63,876 nucleotides of DNA from Gracilinanus agilis. Taxonomy: Eukaryota. A program made the translations under genes and the position numbers. This document shows positions 62,897 through 63,876 of this stretch, piece by piece. The stretch lies in assembly GCF_016433145.1 (NCBI RefSeq), contig NC_058132.1, positions 314,469,906 through 314,533,781 on the forward strand, given 5' to 3'. The notes beneath the pieces are model-generated. The model saw only the letters and a program-made list of their open reading frames with translations, ran no database searches and was not told where the DNA came from. Each line of letters begins with the position of its first letter. Positions within the stretch are counted from its first letter, which is position 1.

Positions 62897-63498
62897 ATGC
62901 TTATATATGCACCATTCAGGATTCCTTAGAGAATAGAACAAAACAGAAGATAAAGATCTTTCCTTCAGAGCATTTAAAATACTGTCAGGAGAGAAAAAAA
63001 TCTTTATTTGTCCATTTGGGTTTGTTACAAATTTAAAAGTTAAATATTAGTAAAATAATAAAATGTAAAACTCCTAACCTTTCCAGGTTCATAGGTAGCA
63101 TAGTAGAATGATAAGAGAATTGGATTTAGAAGAAATTGGTTCATATTCCTGTTTTACTACTCACTCTCTGTGTGTTATTGGTCAATCTACTTTCACTATT
63201 GAGGACTCATTTTCTTTGAGTGTAAGATGAAAGAGTAAGACTAGATGACCTCTTAGTAAGGTCTCTTGCACAACTAAATTTATATTCCTTTATGTCAAGT
63301 ATTGCTTCCTTCATAAGACCTTAATGATCTCAAAATGACATATTTTATTCCTCTGGAACCCAAACAACATCAACATTTATATCTCTTGTGATAACTTACA
63401 GTTTCTGCCTCACATTGTAGTTGTTCATGTATTTGTCTTGTCTTCACAACTACATTGCTTTGCTCCTTGGTTATATGTACCATGTTTCCAATTGTATC

Positions 63499-63876
63499 TG
63501 TAGATCACCTATTATGGACATTGTGAACAGAATCTTGAAGGATGGGTACAGTAAAGGTGTTTTAATAGAATTGGGACTCTGGTCCTTAGATTTTAATAAA
63601 GTTTATTAGAATTACTTGAATAGGTAGAAGATGAGAGAGGGATAGATAGAAAGGCTATATAACTTTGCATATGGTTGCTCCAGCAGACGCCAGCATGGAA
63701 GTTCCTTGGTAGAACGCCAGAGACAGAGAACAAACTTCCTGGTTAGCCCTTTTTATAACCCCCTGGCTCCCTTTGTCCTGTCTTTCACCTCTAGGTCAAG
63801 TTTAAACTCACATATGCAGGTAGTCTATGTACAAAGGTAGACATCATGTACATGATACCAGAAAATACGAGAGAGT
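63499..63876 (-). mobile_element. LTR running off the window end
   Basis: Starts tgtagatc; aagtttattag (polyA signal on minus) near 63600; ttttataac near 63750. Confidence 0.6.

Noticed and set aside
1-63876. CRISPR array, operon, rRNA, snRNA or other prokaryote-style system
   Set aside because: This is vertebrate repeat-rich DNA; no spacer-repeat array, no long ORFs and no recognisable structural RNA.

Overview
About 64 kb of AT-rich, CpG-poor mammalian genomic DNA. It is almost certainly from a marsupial and most likely a didelphid opossum, judged from SINE-1_Mdo-type SINEs, MAR1 CORE-SINEs, RTE remnants and marsupial-type L1s. The window is intronic or intergenic and dominated by transposable elements: nested L1 blocks at 10.2-21.2 kb and 28.1-32.9 kb, six solo-LTR-like inserts, decayed L2/CR1/RTE/MIR, three hAT MITEs with 8-bp target duplications, one mariner-like MITE, and microsatellites. 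I found no confident protein-coding gene, RNA gene, CRISPR array or endogenous virus. Every ORF in the supplied track is best explained as TE-derived or chance. The observations most worth checking are: a probable false haplotype duplication around the 78-N gap; the young hAT MITEs; two compact bZIP-motif clusters; a CpG-retaining segment at 6.4-6.6 kb that may be a minus-strand exon; and three plus-strand micro-exon candidates that happen to splice in frame. I did not find a convincingly new biological system. Repeat family names come from recalled consensus sequences, not a database search, and boundaries of old elements are approximate (tens of bp).
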